A DNA stretch of 64,000 bases from an uncultured Rhodospirillaceae bacterium (lineage in GTDB: Bacteria; Pseudomonadota; Alphaproteobacteria; UBA2966). This document shows positions 51,142 through 60,336 of the stretch, one piece after another. Each line of letters starts with the position of its first letter. Position 1 is the first letter of the stretch. The stretch is from assembly GCA_964343605.1 (NCBI GenBank), contig CAYFKJ010000003.1:73474-137473 (forward strand), given 5' to 3'. Under the pieces are notes generated by a model that did no database searches, was not told where the DNA came from, and saw only the letters and a list, made by a program, of their open reading frames with translations. The translations under genes and the position numbers were made by a program.

Positions 51142-52463
51142 TCCTTTTTCCTCAGATCGACGACACGCTGGGCCTTACCGATGGAACGCGGCACCGCGCC
51201 TTCCTCGCCGACGCGGACGTCCGCCGTGACGCCGACCATGGCCTTGATATGGTGGGCGACGTCCTTGGCGGCGGCGTCGGCGACGTCCTCCCAGCCCGCG
51301 CCGTAAAGTTCGGGCTTGAGCTCGGTGACCACGGCCAGCTTGTCGAGATTGCCGTCGCGGCTCACTTCCAACTGGTAGTGCGGCGCAATGTGGTCGTCCT
51401 TCAGCAGGATTTCCTCGATCTGCGAGGGGAAGACGTTGACGCCGCGAATGATCAGCATGTCGTCCGACCGGCCCGTAATCTTGGCCATGCGGCGGTGGGT
51501 GCGCGCCGTGCCCGGCTGCAGATGCGTAAGGTCACGCGTGCGGTAGCGCACGACCGGGAAGGCTTCCTTGGTGATGCTGGAGAACACGAGCTCGCCCTGT
51601 TCGCCGTCCGTCAGCACGTCGCCGCTGGCGGGATCGATGATCTCGGGCAGGAAGTGGTCCTCCCAAATGTGGAGCCCGTCCTTGGTCTCGATGCACTCGC
51701 AGGCGACGCCCGGTCCCATGACTTCCGACAAGCCATAGATGTCGACGGCGTCGATGCCCATGCGCGTCTCAATCTCCTCGCGCATGGCCGGCGTCCAGGG
51801 CTCGGCGCCGAAGATGCCGATGCGCAGGCAGGATTTTTTCGGATCAAGGCCTTGGGTTTCGTATTCGTCGGCGATCGAGAGCATGTAGCTTGGCGTCACC
51901 ATGATGACGCCGGCGCCGAAATCCTCGATCAGTTGCACCTGGCGCTCGGTCATGCCGCCCGACATGGGTACGACCGTGGCCTTCAGCCGTTCGGCGCCGT
52001 AGTGCGCGCCAAGACCGCCGGTGAAGAGGCCGTAGCCGTAGGCGTTGTGGATGATGTCGCCGGCCCGGGCGCCTGCCGCCCGCATGGAGCGCGCCATCAG
52101 GTCCGACCAGTTGTCGATGTCGTTCTGGGTGTACCCCACCACTGTCGGCTTGCCGGTGGTGCCGGAGGAGGCGTGAACGCGGATAACTTCCTCGCGCGGC
52201 ACGGCGAACATGCCGAAGGGGTAGTTGTCCCGAAGATCCGCCTTGGTCGTGAAGGGGAACTTGGCGATGTCCTCGAGATACTGGAAGTCGTCAGGGTGGA
52301 CACCAGCGTCGTCGTACTTCTTCTTGTAGAACGGCACGTTGGCATAGACGTGCCGCAGCGTCTTCCTCAAGTGTTCTGTTTGGACGGCCGCGATTTCATC
52401 GCGGCTTGCGGTTTCGATGGCCTCCATCTCGTCCTTTGTGGGGGCGCGGTTTTCCGCCAACAT
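51138..52463 (-). CDS. paaK: phenylacetate--CoA ligase
   Basis: Near-collinear match to PaaK: FPFTTKADLRDNYPFGMFAVP...HASSGTTGKPTVVGYTQNDIDNW...IIRGVNVFPSQIEE. Confidence 0.88.
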   Translation of the reverse strand: MLAENRAPTKDEMEAIETASRDEIAAVQTEHLRKTLRHVYANVPFYKKKYDDAGVHPDDFQYLEDIAKFPFTTKADLRDNYPFGMFAVPREEVIRVHASSGTTGKPTVVGYTQNDIDNWSDLMARSMRAAGARAGDIIHNAYGYGLFTGGLGAHYGAERLKATVVPMSGGMTERQVQLIEDFGAGVIMVTPSYMLSIADEYETQGLDPKKSCLRIGIFGAEPWTPAMREEIETRMGIDAVDIYGLSEVMGPGVACECIETKDGLHIWEDHFLPEIIDPASGDVLTDGEQGELVFSSITKEAFPVVRYRTRDLTHLQPGTARTHRRMAKITGRSDDMLIIRGVNVFPSQIEEILLKDDHIAPHYQLEVSRDGNLDKLAVVTELKPELYGAGWEDVADAAAKDVAHHIKAMVGVTADVRVGEEGAVPRSIGKAQRVVDLRKKD

Positions 52464-52481
52464 ATCGACTACTCCCTTTAA

Positions 52482-53684
52482 CTAAACCCGTTCGATGACG
52501 GCGGCGATACCCTGGCCGACGCCGATACACATGGTGCAGAGCGCCAACTTGGCGCCGTTGCGTTGTAATTGATAGGTCGCCGTGGTGGCGAGGCGGGCGC
52601 CCGACATGCCGAGGGGGTGGCCCAGCGCAATGGCGCCGCCCTGGGGGTTGACCCGTTCGTCGTCGTCCTCCAGTCCCCAGTCGCGCGTCACCGCCAGCCC
52701 TTGCGCGGCAAAGGCCTCGTTGAGCTCGATAACGTCAAGCTCGTCGAACTTGAGGCCCAAGCGGTTCAGCAGCTTGCGGGCAGCCGGTGCTGGTCCGAAG
52801 CCCATGATGCGCGGCGGTACGCCGGCATGACCCATCCCGAGCACGCGGGCACGCGGCGTCAGACCGTGTTCCTTGGCGGCCTCCTCCGAGGCGATGATCA
52901 GCGCGGCCGCGCCGTCGTTGACGCCGGAGGCATTGCCGGCGGTCACCGTGCCGCCTTCGCGGAAGGGCGTCGGCAGCTTGGCCAAGGCCTCCATGGAGGT
53001 CTCGCGCGGATGCTCGTCGGCCTCCACGACAACCGGGTCGCCTTTGCGTTTGGGAATGGTGACCGGCACGATTTCCTCAGCCAGGTTGCCGTTCTTCTGG
53101 GCGGCGGCGGCGCGCTGCTGACTGCGCAGCGCGAAGGCATCCTGATCCTCGCGCTGGATCTGGAACTCCTCCGCAACGTTCTCCGCCGTCTCCGGCATGC
53201 TGTCGACGCCGTATTGCTTCTTCATCAGCGGATTGATGAAGCGCCAGCCGATGGTGGTATCGAAAATCTCGGCCCGGCGCGAAAAGGCGGCGTCCGGCTT
53301 GGGGAGGATCATCGGCGCCCGGCTCATGCTTTCGGAACCACCCGCGACACAGAGGTCGGCCTCACCCGTCTTGATGGCCCGCGCCGCCTGTCCGACGGCT
53401 TCGAGGCCCGACCCGCAAAGCCGGTTGACGGTGGCGCCCGGCACGCTGTCCGGGATACCCGCCAGCAGGGAGGCCATGCGGGCGATATTGCGGTTGTCCT
53501 CACCCGCTTGGTTGGCGGCGCCGTAGAACACGTCGTCGACGCGCGACCAGTCCATGTCCGCATTGCGTGACATCAGCTCCTTGAGCGGCAGGGCGGCCAG
53601 ATCGTCGGCGCGAACGCTGGAGAGGGCGCCGCCGTACCGTCCGATGGGCGTGCGGACGGCGTCACAGATGTAGGCTTCGGTCAT
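52482..53684 (-). CDS. paaJ: 3-oxoadipyl-CoA / 3-oxo-5,6-dehydrosuberyl-CoA thiolase
   Basis: [34 protein letters not shown]...[10 protein letters not shown]...[20 protein letters not shown] matches PaaJ/PcaF. Confidence 0.88.
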   Translation of the reverse strand: MTEAYICDAVRTPIGRYGGALSSVRADDLAALPLKELMSRNADMDWSRVDDVFYGAANQAGEDNRNIARMASLLAGIPDSVPGATVNRLCGSGLEAVGQAARAIKTGEADLCVAGGSESMSRAPMILPKPDAAFSRRAEIFDTTIGWRFINPLMKKQYGVDSMPETAENVAEEFQIQREDQDAFALRSQQRAAAAQKNGNLAEEIVPVTIPKRKGDPVVVEADEHPRETSMEALAKLPTPFREGGTVTAGNASGVNDGAAALIIASEEAAKEHGLTPRARVLGMGHAGVPPRIMGFGPAPAARKLLNRLGLKFDELDVIELNEAFAAQGLAVTRDWGLEDDDERVNPQGGAIALGHPLGMSGARLATTATYQLQRNGAKLALCTMCIGVGQGIAAVIERV

Positions 53685-53869
53685 TTCGGGGGGCTCCTTG
53701 TTCGTGCTTTTGCGGGCTCGGCACCTTCGTTGTGGACATTTTTGATGGGTAGGCCAACAATATCGCCGACAACATATCGATACATCGTTGCGGCGGCAAT
53801 CCTTCGAATCAACGGTTAGGATAGCCGAGCAACGTCCAAAATGGCAGTTACGAGTTAGGACCCCCCACT

Positions 53870-54475
53870 ATGGCAAACACCTATTCCTTCGAAGGCATGA
53901 TTCCCGTCATCAAACCGGGCGCCTTCGTCCATCCGACGGCCGTTCTGATCGGCGACGTCATCATCGACGAAGGGTGTTTCATCGGGCCGGGCGCCGCCTT
54001 GAGAGGCGACTTCGGGCGGATTGAGGTAGGCGTTGGCGCCAACGTTCAGGACAATTGCGTGGTGCACTCGTTTCCCGGCAAGACGGTCGTCATCGCCGAG
54101 GACGGCCACATCGGGCACTCGGCCGTCATTCACGGCTGCACCATCGGCCGCAATGCGCTGGTCGGCATGAACGCCACCGTGATGGATGACGCCGTCGTCG
54201 GCGAGGAAGCCATCATCGCCGCCAATTCCTTCGTCAAGGCGGGCTTCGAGGTGCCGCGGCGCACCCTGGCGGCGGGTTCTCCCGCCAAGATCCTGCGTGA
54301 GGTGTCGGACCAGGACGTTGCCTGGAAGTCCAGCGCGACGGCTCTTTACCAGGAATTGGCGCAGCGATCGCTGCAATCGCTCGTGGCGGCGCCGGCGTTG
54401 ACGGCGGAGGAAGAGAACCGCCCCCGCGCCCCCGAGCGCGAGGATATAAAGCCGCTGCACGCCTCTAAAAAGTAG
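53870..54475 (+). CDS. paaY: phenylacetic acid degradation protein PaaY (gamma-carbonic-anhydrase-like hexapeptide thioesterase)
   Basis: PTAVLIGDVIIDEGCFIGPGAALRGDFGRIEVG...GHSAVIHGCTIGRNALVGMNATVMD matches PaaY. Confidence 0.78.
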   Translation: MANTYSFEGMIPVIKPGAFVHPTAVLIGDVIIDEGCFIGPGAALRGDFGRIEVGVGANVQDNCVVHSFPGKTVVIAEDGHIGHSAVIHGCTIGRNALVGMNATVMDDAVVGEEAIIAANSFVKAGFEVPRRTLAAGSPAKILREVSDQDVAWKSSATALYQELAQRSLQSLVAAPALTAEEENRPRAPEREDIKPLHASKK

Positions 54476-54491
54476 ATCGCTGGAGGCCTCT

Positions 54492-55151
54492 ATGACTACC
54501 GCGCTCAGCCACGAACAAGCCCGCCGTTTCTATGACGGATATGGCGCCAAGCAGGACGGCCAGGGGTTTTATGAAGACGCGGCGCTCGATCTTTTGATCG
54601 AACACGGCGATTTTGCACAAAGCCGCTCGGTCCTGGAAATCGGCTGCGGTACGGGGCGGTTCGCCGCCCGCCTGCTGTCGGATCACCTGCCGCCGTCCGC
54701 CCGATACACCGGCATTGACGTCAGCTCGACCATGGTGGAATTGAGCCGGGAACGGCTGCAGCCGTGGGCCGAGCGTTGCACCATCCATCATACTGACGGC
54801 GGCTTTGATTTCGCGTCCCTTGGCGGGCCGTTCGACCGCATCGTCAGCACCTATGTTTTCGACCTGCTGAGCGAATCCGATGTCGGCGAAGCGATGGCGG
54901 CGGCGCGACGGGTCTCGACGATGGGGGGGCGCCTTTGCCTGGCCGGGTTGTCGAAAGGCATGGGGCCGGTTTCCAACCTGTCGAGTGGGCTCTGGACCCT
55001 GGCCTACAAGATCAGCCCGTGGTTCGTCGGGGGCTGCCGTCCGATGGACCTCACCGCCCTGCTGCCACGCGATCAGTGGGCCGTCCGCCATCACGAAATT
55101 ACCGTCAGCACGACGATCCCTTCGGAAGTTTTATTGGCGGAGGCGGTATGA
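54492..55151 (+). CDS. class I SAM-dependent methyltransferase
   Basis: VLEIGCGTGRFAARLL motif I. Confidence 0.7.
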   Translation: MTTALSHEQARRFYDGYGAKQDGQGFYEDAALDLLIEHGDFAQSRSVLEIGCGTGRFAARLLSDHLPPSARYTGIDVSSTMVELSRERLQPWAERCTIHHTDGGFDFASLGGPFDRIVSTYVFDLLSESDVGEAMAAARRVSTMGGRLCLAGLSKGMGPVSNLSSGLWTLAYKISPWFVGGCRPMDLTALLPRDQWAVRHHEITVSTTIPSEVLLAEAV

Positions 55152-55612
55152 CCGCCATCTACGTGGACGCCGATGCCTGTCCGGTAAAGGACGAGGCGGT
55201 CCGCGTGGCCGCACGCCACGGTTTGAAGACCTACATGGTGAGCGATGGCGGTATCCGGCCCAGCCGAGATCCGTTGGTTGAATTGGTAATCGTACCGCCG
55301 GGAGCGGATGCTGCCGATGACTGGATCGCCGAGAACATCCAGGCCGCCGATATCTGCGTCACCAACGATATCCCGCTGGCAGCGCGCTGCCTGGAGGCGG
55401 ATGCGTTCGCCCTCAAGCCTAACGGCGAGGCGTTCACGGAAAGCGGCATCGGCATGGCCCTGGCCAACCGCGAACTGATGCAGGACCTGCGCGAGCGCGG
55501 CGAGATTACGGGTGGACCGAGGCCGTTCAGCAAGGCCGACCGATCGGCCTTTCTCAACCGCTTGGAAACCACTGTGCAAGCTGCAAAAAAACAAACAAAA
55601 TCATATACTTAA
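55148..55612 (+). CDS. YaiI/YqgV-family (UPF0178/DUF188) protein
   Basis: MTAIYVDADACPVKDE... is typical of the family. ATGA overlap with the upstream gene. GGAGG RBS. Confidence 0.7.
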   Translation: MTAIYVDADACPVKDEAVRVAARHGLKTYMVSDGGIRPSRDPLVELVIVPPGADAADDWIAENIQAADICVTNDIPLAARCLEADAFALKPNGEAFTESGIGMALANRELMQDLRERGEITGGPRPFSKADRSAFLNRLETTVQAAKKQTKSYT

Positions 55613-55677
55613 TCGAATTTTCGCTTCCTTAACCCCCAAACCCTATAATTGAACGATCCGGTCCGGAGAATTCGTAA

Positions 55678-56268
55678 TTGGGGGAATCCTTCATGGATAG
55701 CACGACTGTCATCATCGTCGTCGTCGTCGTTCTGGCGCTGATCTATCTCTGGTACGCAACCATCATCCGCCGCCGGAATAAGGTTCTGGAAGCTCTTTCG
55801 GGGATCGATGTGCAACTCAAGAAGCGCTCCAATCTCATCCCCAACATTCTCCAAATCGCCCGGAAGTTCATGGAACACGAAAAGGGCCTGTTGACCGAAA
55901 TCACCGAGCTGCGGGAGCAGGTCGATCGTGATTACGATCCGAAGGACGCGGAGGCAGTGAAGGGGCACTTGGCGCTGGCCGGGGAACTCGCCGGCAAGGT
56001 GGGCGGGCTGATGGTAAGAGTTGAGGACTATCCTGAGCTCAAATCCCAGGAAACCATGATCAAGGCGCAGCTCACCTACAATGAAGTCGAAGCCCAGATC
56101 GCGGCGGCGCGGCGCTTCTACAACGCCTCGGTCGCCGGCCTCAACAATTCGGTCCAGATTTTCCCGGGCAATCTCATCGCCGGCCTCGCCGGCGCCGCTG
56201 TGATGCCGTTTTTCGAAGCGGACGAAACCTCCAGGGCGCCGGTCAACGCCGCCGATCACCTGGGCTAG
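55678..56268 (+). CDS. LemA-family protein
   Basis: N-terminal TM helix then RRRNKVLEALSGIDVQLKKRSNLIPNI... LemA signature. Confidence 0.85.
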   Translation: MGESFMDSTTVIIVVVVVLALIYLWYATIIRRRNKVLEALSGIDVQLKKRSNLIPNILQIARKFMEHEKGLLTEITELREQVDRDYDPKDAEAVKGHLALAGELAGKVGGLMVRVEDYPELKSQETMIKAQLTYNEVEAQIAAARRFYNASVAGLNNSVQIFPGNLIAGLAGAAVMPFFEADETSRAPVNAADHLG

Positions 56269-56277
56269 CTCCACGCC

Positions 56278-57387
56278 ATGGTGTTGCGCCCGTTGCACTG
56301 GTGGCGCCTGGCCGGCGAAATCGAAGTGCCGGTCAAGGAGATCTTCCTCGGCATGTTGGGGCTGTTCGCTGGACGGGGGCTGAAACCCTTCTCGGGCGAA
56401 CTCAATTTCCGCCGTGTCGAGGGTATCGACGAACCGTTCGCGCCGCTTTACGAGCGCGACATCCGACCAAAGGTTCAGGTCTTCGAGTCGCAGCGCGTCG
56501 CCGCAGTCCGATCACTTGCGCTCCGGTTGTTCGTATCGAGCGTCGTCTTGATCGGCGCCATCGCCACGATCATCTACACCGACGGTCTAAATCAGAAAGG
56601 TGTCATTAGCGACGACACCCAAGGCATCATTATCTGGATCGGCATCGGGATCATGCTGTTCCTGTTCTGGTGGACGTTCCGGCCGGTGAGCAAGTACAAA
56701 TCCTCGGTCAAGTCGGAGATCTATCCGCTCATCTTCAAGTACTTCGGCAAGGATTTCACCTACAAGGAAGAGGGCCCCTTGAGTGCCCGATCCGTGAAGG
56801 ATTCCGGGATCATCCCGAATTTCGAGGATGAAGCGCGCGAGGATTATGTGCGCGGCACCTGGAAGGGTGTTCGGCTTGAGCTGACCGAAACAAAACTGAC
56901 CGTGGAGCACGGCAGCGGCGAGGACAGCCGGACGGAAACCAAGTTTCGCGGCCTCCTTATCCTTCTCACCATGAACAAGAAGTTCTCGGGGCGCACCGTT
57001 ATCAAGCGTGACCTGACCATGGTCTTCAACTGGTTCGCGGACAAGTTCGAACGGGAGCTCGAAAACGTCAAACTGGAGGATCCCAGGTTCGAACGCGAAT
57101 TCGAGGTTTATTCGTCGGATCAGGTTGAAGCCCGGTACCTGCTGACGCCCACGTTCATGGAACGGCTGATGGAACTGACCGAGGCCTTCGGCGGCAAGCC
57201 GATCCAGGCCTGTTTTTTCAAGAACAAACTGCTGCTGACCATCAAGACGAACAAGGACCGGTTCGAAACCGGATCCATCTTCCGGCCCGCCACCTTCGCC
57301 AAGGAGATCGATACGGTGCTGAAGGAAATGCCGGCGATCTTCAAAATCGTCGAGGTTCTGAAGCTCGACCAGAAGATCGGGCTGTGA
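56278..57387 (+). CDS. LemA-associated membrane protein (DUF3137-like)
   Basis: Two TM helices followed by a ~250-aa soluble domain, immediately downstream of LemA. Family assignment is tentative. Confidence 0.45.
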   Translation: MVLRPLHWWRLAGEIEVPVKEIFLGMLGLFAGRGLKPFSGELNFRRVEGIDEPFAPLYERDIRPKVQVFESQRVAAVRSLALRLFVSSVVLIGAIATIIYTDGLNQKGVISDDTQGIIIWIGIGIMLFLFWWTFRPVSKYKSSVKSEIYPLIFKYFGKDFTYKEEGPLSARSVKDSGIIPNFEDEAREDYVRGTWKGVRLELTETKLTVEHGSGEDSRTETKFRGLLILLTMNKKFSGRTVIKRDLTMVFNWFADKFERELENVKLEDPRFEREFEVYSSDQVEARYLLTPTFMERLMELTEAFGGKPIQACFFKNKLLLTIKTNKDRFETGSIFRPATFAKEIDTVLKEMPAIFKIVEVLKLDQKIGL

Positions 57388-57388
57388 C

Positions 57389-57895
57389 ATGCCGCCGGGG
57401 TATCAAATCAGGGTCGCGAAGCCGTCCGATGAAGCCGGCGTAACCGATTTTCTCCAGCTTTCGTACCCCGTGCTGATGGGCTCCAGTTACGAGGAGACCT
57501 TATTGGCGGTGGCTTTGCCGTTGATGACACGTGCCAATCCCGGTTTGCTCGAATCGGGGACCTATTACGTGGCGGTGGGCGAGGGCGGCCGGATCGTCGG
57601 CAGCGGCGGCTGGACCCGGGAGCGGCCCGGAACGGGCGAGATTATCGAAGGCTTGGCACACATCCGGCATTTCGCCGTTCATCCGGACTGGACGCGCCAA
57701 GGCATCGCACGGGCGATCTATGACCAGTGCGAAGCGGCAGCCAGGGCGTCGGGCTTCGGGCGCTTCGAGTGCTACTCCAGCCTCAACGCGGAAGGGTTTT
57801 ACGCCGCCCTGCGATTCAAGCGAATCCGTCCGGTCGTCGTGCCGATGGGGGAGGGTATCGAATTTCCCGCCATCCTCATGGAGCGGGATATCTAG
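57389..57895 (+). CDS. GNAT-family N-acetyltransferase
   Basis: Acetyl-CoA binding region RQGIARAIYDQCEAAARASG. Confidence 0.75.
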   Translation: MPPGYQIRVAKPSDEAGVTDFLQLSYPVLMGSSYEETLLAVALPLMTRANPGLLESGTYYVAVGEGGRIVGSGGWTRERPGTGEIIEGLAHIRHFAVHPDWTRQGIARAIYDQCEAAARASGFGRFECYSSLNAEGFYAALRFKRIRPVVVPMGEGIEFPAILMERDI

Positions 57896-58080
57896 TTCCT
57901 TTCAGGTTGGTGCCTACATCGGATCCGGGCCCCGGGAGATACTGCCGCCAGTCATAAACCGTTTCCTTTCCGCCAATGGGTGGCGGTGCAAGGCGTGGAC
58001 GCCCCGCAACTGCCGAACTATTGCCGTGCCACGAAAATATCCGGTACCGCCGATGTCGGGCGCAACGCCACCATCAATTT

Positions 58081-58310
58081 CTGAAATATGAACGCGGGCG
58101 GATATTTGTTTTCGAAATTTGAATAGAATATTTGAAATTTCCACTACTTAAGATACTGTTGAAAAAATTTAATCTTAAAAAAAGACGGTGATTACAATTG
58201 TATGCACGCTAAAATGGCGAAAATGGAATTGCCGTCACCGAACTTAAGTTGCTTAACTGCGGAACAAAACTTAGGAAAAACTGAAGTAAAAAAACTAAAC
58301 AAATAGGGAA
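58081..58310. promoter_or_regulatory. AT-rich (~30% GC by eye) promoter/boundary region of the low-GC island
   Basis: An abrupt compositional drop relative to the ~65% GC flank. Contains TTTGAAAT-type repeats and the palindrome GAAATTTC. Confidence 0.4.
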
Positions 58311-58871
58311 ATGAAAGAACAACTTATGAACCCCAGAAGTTGGTATTATCAAGACAAAGAAAAATTTCCGAATTTTCCCGATTTTGCCAATCTGTATAGG
58401 GATTGTGACGGCACCATACTTTTCAGGTCGGATTGTGGTTCCCAATCCTGTGGTTCCGCTGACTGCTGTCACTCGACCGGTGAAGACAGTTTTATTTTCT
58501 TTCTTCCGGGCGAGTTCGAATTTCAGACGTCCCAGGACCCCGCAATTCCATTTCATTCGGTATCCGAACAATTCTCGGACCGTTTTCACTGTTCCGGCAA
58601 TGCCGATTGCATTTACGAGGCCCGCCCGCTCGATTGCAGGAGCTATCCGTACTTTCCCGCGGTAATCGATATGGAACACGTGGGGTATTTCGACTGCCGC
58701 AGATCCCATGCATGTCCACTAAGAATTGATCTGGAATTGAGGGATCATCTTAAGAAAATACACAAATGGTGGCGTGTTCTCCTTAAAAACGAAGAAGTAA
58801 AAATATGGGCTAATGCTATGAGTAGGCACTGTAAATCTTTGCCAATTATGGAAATTCCGGAATTTAAATAA
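58311..58871 (+). CDS. YkgJ-family cysteine-cluster protein (putative Zn/Fe-chelating CxxCxxCC domain)
   Basis: SDCGSQSCGSADCC cluster plus downstream CIYEARPLDCRSYPYFP, resembling the PF03692 pattern. Low GC. Confidence 0.5.
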   Translation: MKEQLMNPRSWYYQDKEKFPNFPDFANLYRDCDGTILFRSDCGSQSCGSADCCHSTGEDSFIFFLPGEFEFQTSQDPAIPFHSVSEQFSDRFHCSGNADCIYEARPLDCRSYPYFPAVIDMEHVGYFDCRRSHACPLRIDLELRDHLKKIHKWWRVLLKNEEVKIWANAMSRHCKSLPIMEIPEFK

Positions 58872-58887
58872 ATGGTGTGAGGAAAAA

Positions 58888-60285
58888 ATGGCCGAATATT
58901 CGGACAATTTCTATAATACATTCGCGCGGGATGCCCTCAAGGGGCTGTCGTTATTTGGCACGGCCGGCAATCCCCTGCGCGAGGAGATGTTCGTCAGCTC
59001 GAGCCTGCCGGAAGCACGAATTCGCTTCCTGGTGGATGCCGATATTCCATCCACATACGAGGTCGAAAGCTACATCAAAAAGTTCGCCGACTTCGTTTCC
59101 GTATTCCTGATTGCCTCCCGGCTTGCCGAGGTACCGGTCCCACCTTCCATTGAAATCGAAAAGTACGTCGACCTTCTGATCAGGATTGTTGGCGGTTCCG
59201 GCGATGGCGAGGTGCCGCGCAAGCGGGAGGATATGCACTACAACCCCTCGCCCGCACTATCAGCCCAACTCGGAACTCCATTCATCGATTTCTGCGGGAG
59301 CTTCGCCGTTACCCTTATCGATTATCTCACTTATGCCGGCAAGGACAACATGTCAGCCGACGTTTCCGGGATGGCCAAGAGAGAAGTTCTGCAAATCCTG
59401 CATTTCCTGACCGACCCGGAAACCTTCATCGAGGTTGATGAGAAAATCGGTTGGGCTTTCGTGAGCGGGAGCGACTGTGACGACGGCAAGGGAATTCCCA
59501 TTCCGGATCAGCGGCACATCCTTCCGACCGCCTGGGCTGTCACGGCGCTCGCCAGGGGGTGGGCCTTGTGCAAGGAACTGGGCGAAGAAGCAGAACTGCG
59601 GAAGAAGATCAAGGGCGAGATTCTCCCGAAGGCACTGGCCTGGATCGATACGCTGAAGACCGAGAACGGTCTTTACAAGATCTCGGCTGTCGAGCGCGAT
59701 TTCGATTTGGTCGGCCACAATTTTGCCACTGAAACGCTCATAACGATGTCAGACATGGAAATTCCGGGCTCGGTTGAGGAAAGCATCGAGGCGGTTGAGC
59801 GATTCACACAGCTTCTGGATGAAGACTATCAAGGTACGTACGAAAATTTTGAAGCGAATATCGGATACCGGGTTTACGTGAAATCCAAGCCCGTAATTTC
59901 CTATGACGACAAAACGACATGGGCCCACTGTCTTTCGACGTTGGCGCTGTCGTTCTCGGCGTTGGAAAAAAGGTCTGATGCGACCGAGGAATTGCGGGAA
60001 AAGCTACGAAATCACTGTGTCTCAATGGCCGATCAAATCATCAACGTTCGGCGAAACTCTGAGAGCGGCCTTTGGGATGAAAAATACCTCCAGATTCACT
60101 GGAACCTGGCGGCGGTCGAAGCCTTGTTGAGGCTGGAAAACTTCGTGAGCATCGAGCGCTACGAAATAAGCGACGAACACATCAGGTCGGCCGTCGCGCG
60201 TCTCATGGATAGCGTCGAATTTCAATCCTCGTTGGAGGAGCATTTGATCGGTGCGCTCAGCAGAGTTCGAAAAGTATCCAAATAG
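58888..60285 (+). CDS. hypothetical protein (465 aa, no recognisable domain)
   Basis: Clean ORF with a GAGGA RBS 6 nt upstream. Low GC. Second gene of the island operon. Confidence 0.5.
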   Translation: MAEYSDNFYNTFARDALKGLSLFGTAGNPLREEMFVSSSLPEARIRFLVDADIPSTYEVESYIKKFADFVSVFLIASRLAEVPVPPSIEIEKYVDLLIRIVGGSGDGEVPRKREDMHYNPSPALSAQLGTPFIDFCGSFAVTLIDYLTYAGKDNMSADVSGMAKREVLQILHFLTDPETFIEVDEKIGWAFVSGSDCDDGKGIPIPDQRHILPTAWAVTALARGWALCKELGEEAELRKKIKGEILPKALAWIDTLKTENGLYKISAVERDFDLVGHNFATETLITMSDMEIPGSVEESIEAVERFTQLLDEDYQGTYENFEANIGYRVYVKSKPVISYDDKTTWAHCLSTLALSFSALEKRSDATEELREKLRNHCVSMADQIINVRRNSESGLWDEKYLQIHWNLAAVEALLRLENFVSIERYEISDEHIRSAVARLMDSVEFQSSLEEHLIGALSRVRKVSK

Positions 60286-60336
60286 AAATTCGCTTCCCAA
60301 ATAAAACCAAGAACAAAACGAATAGAGGTTCGGCTG

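Noticed and set aside
53685-53869. Possible PaaX operator in the paaJ/paaY divergent promoter (a GAATCA half-site near 53800)
   Set aside because: The only TGAT-like partner (TGATGG) lies ~57 bp away rather than the 26-27 bp of the TGATTC-N26/27-GAATCA consensus. No paaX gene is present in the window.
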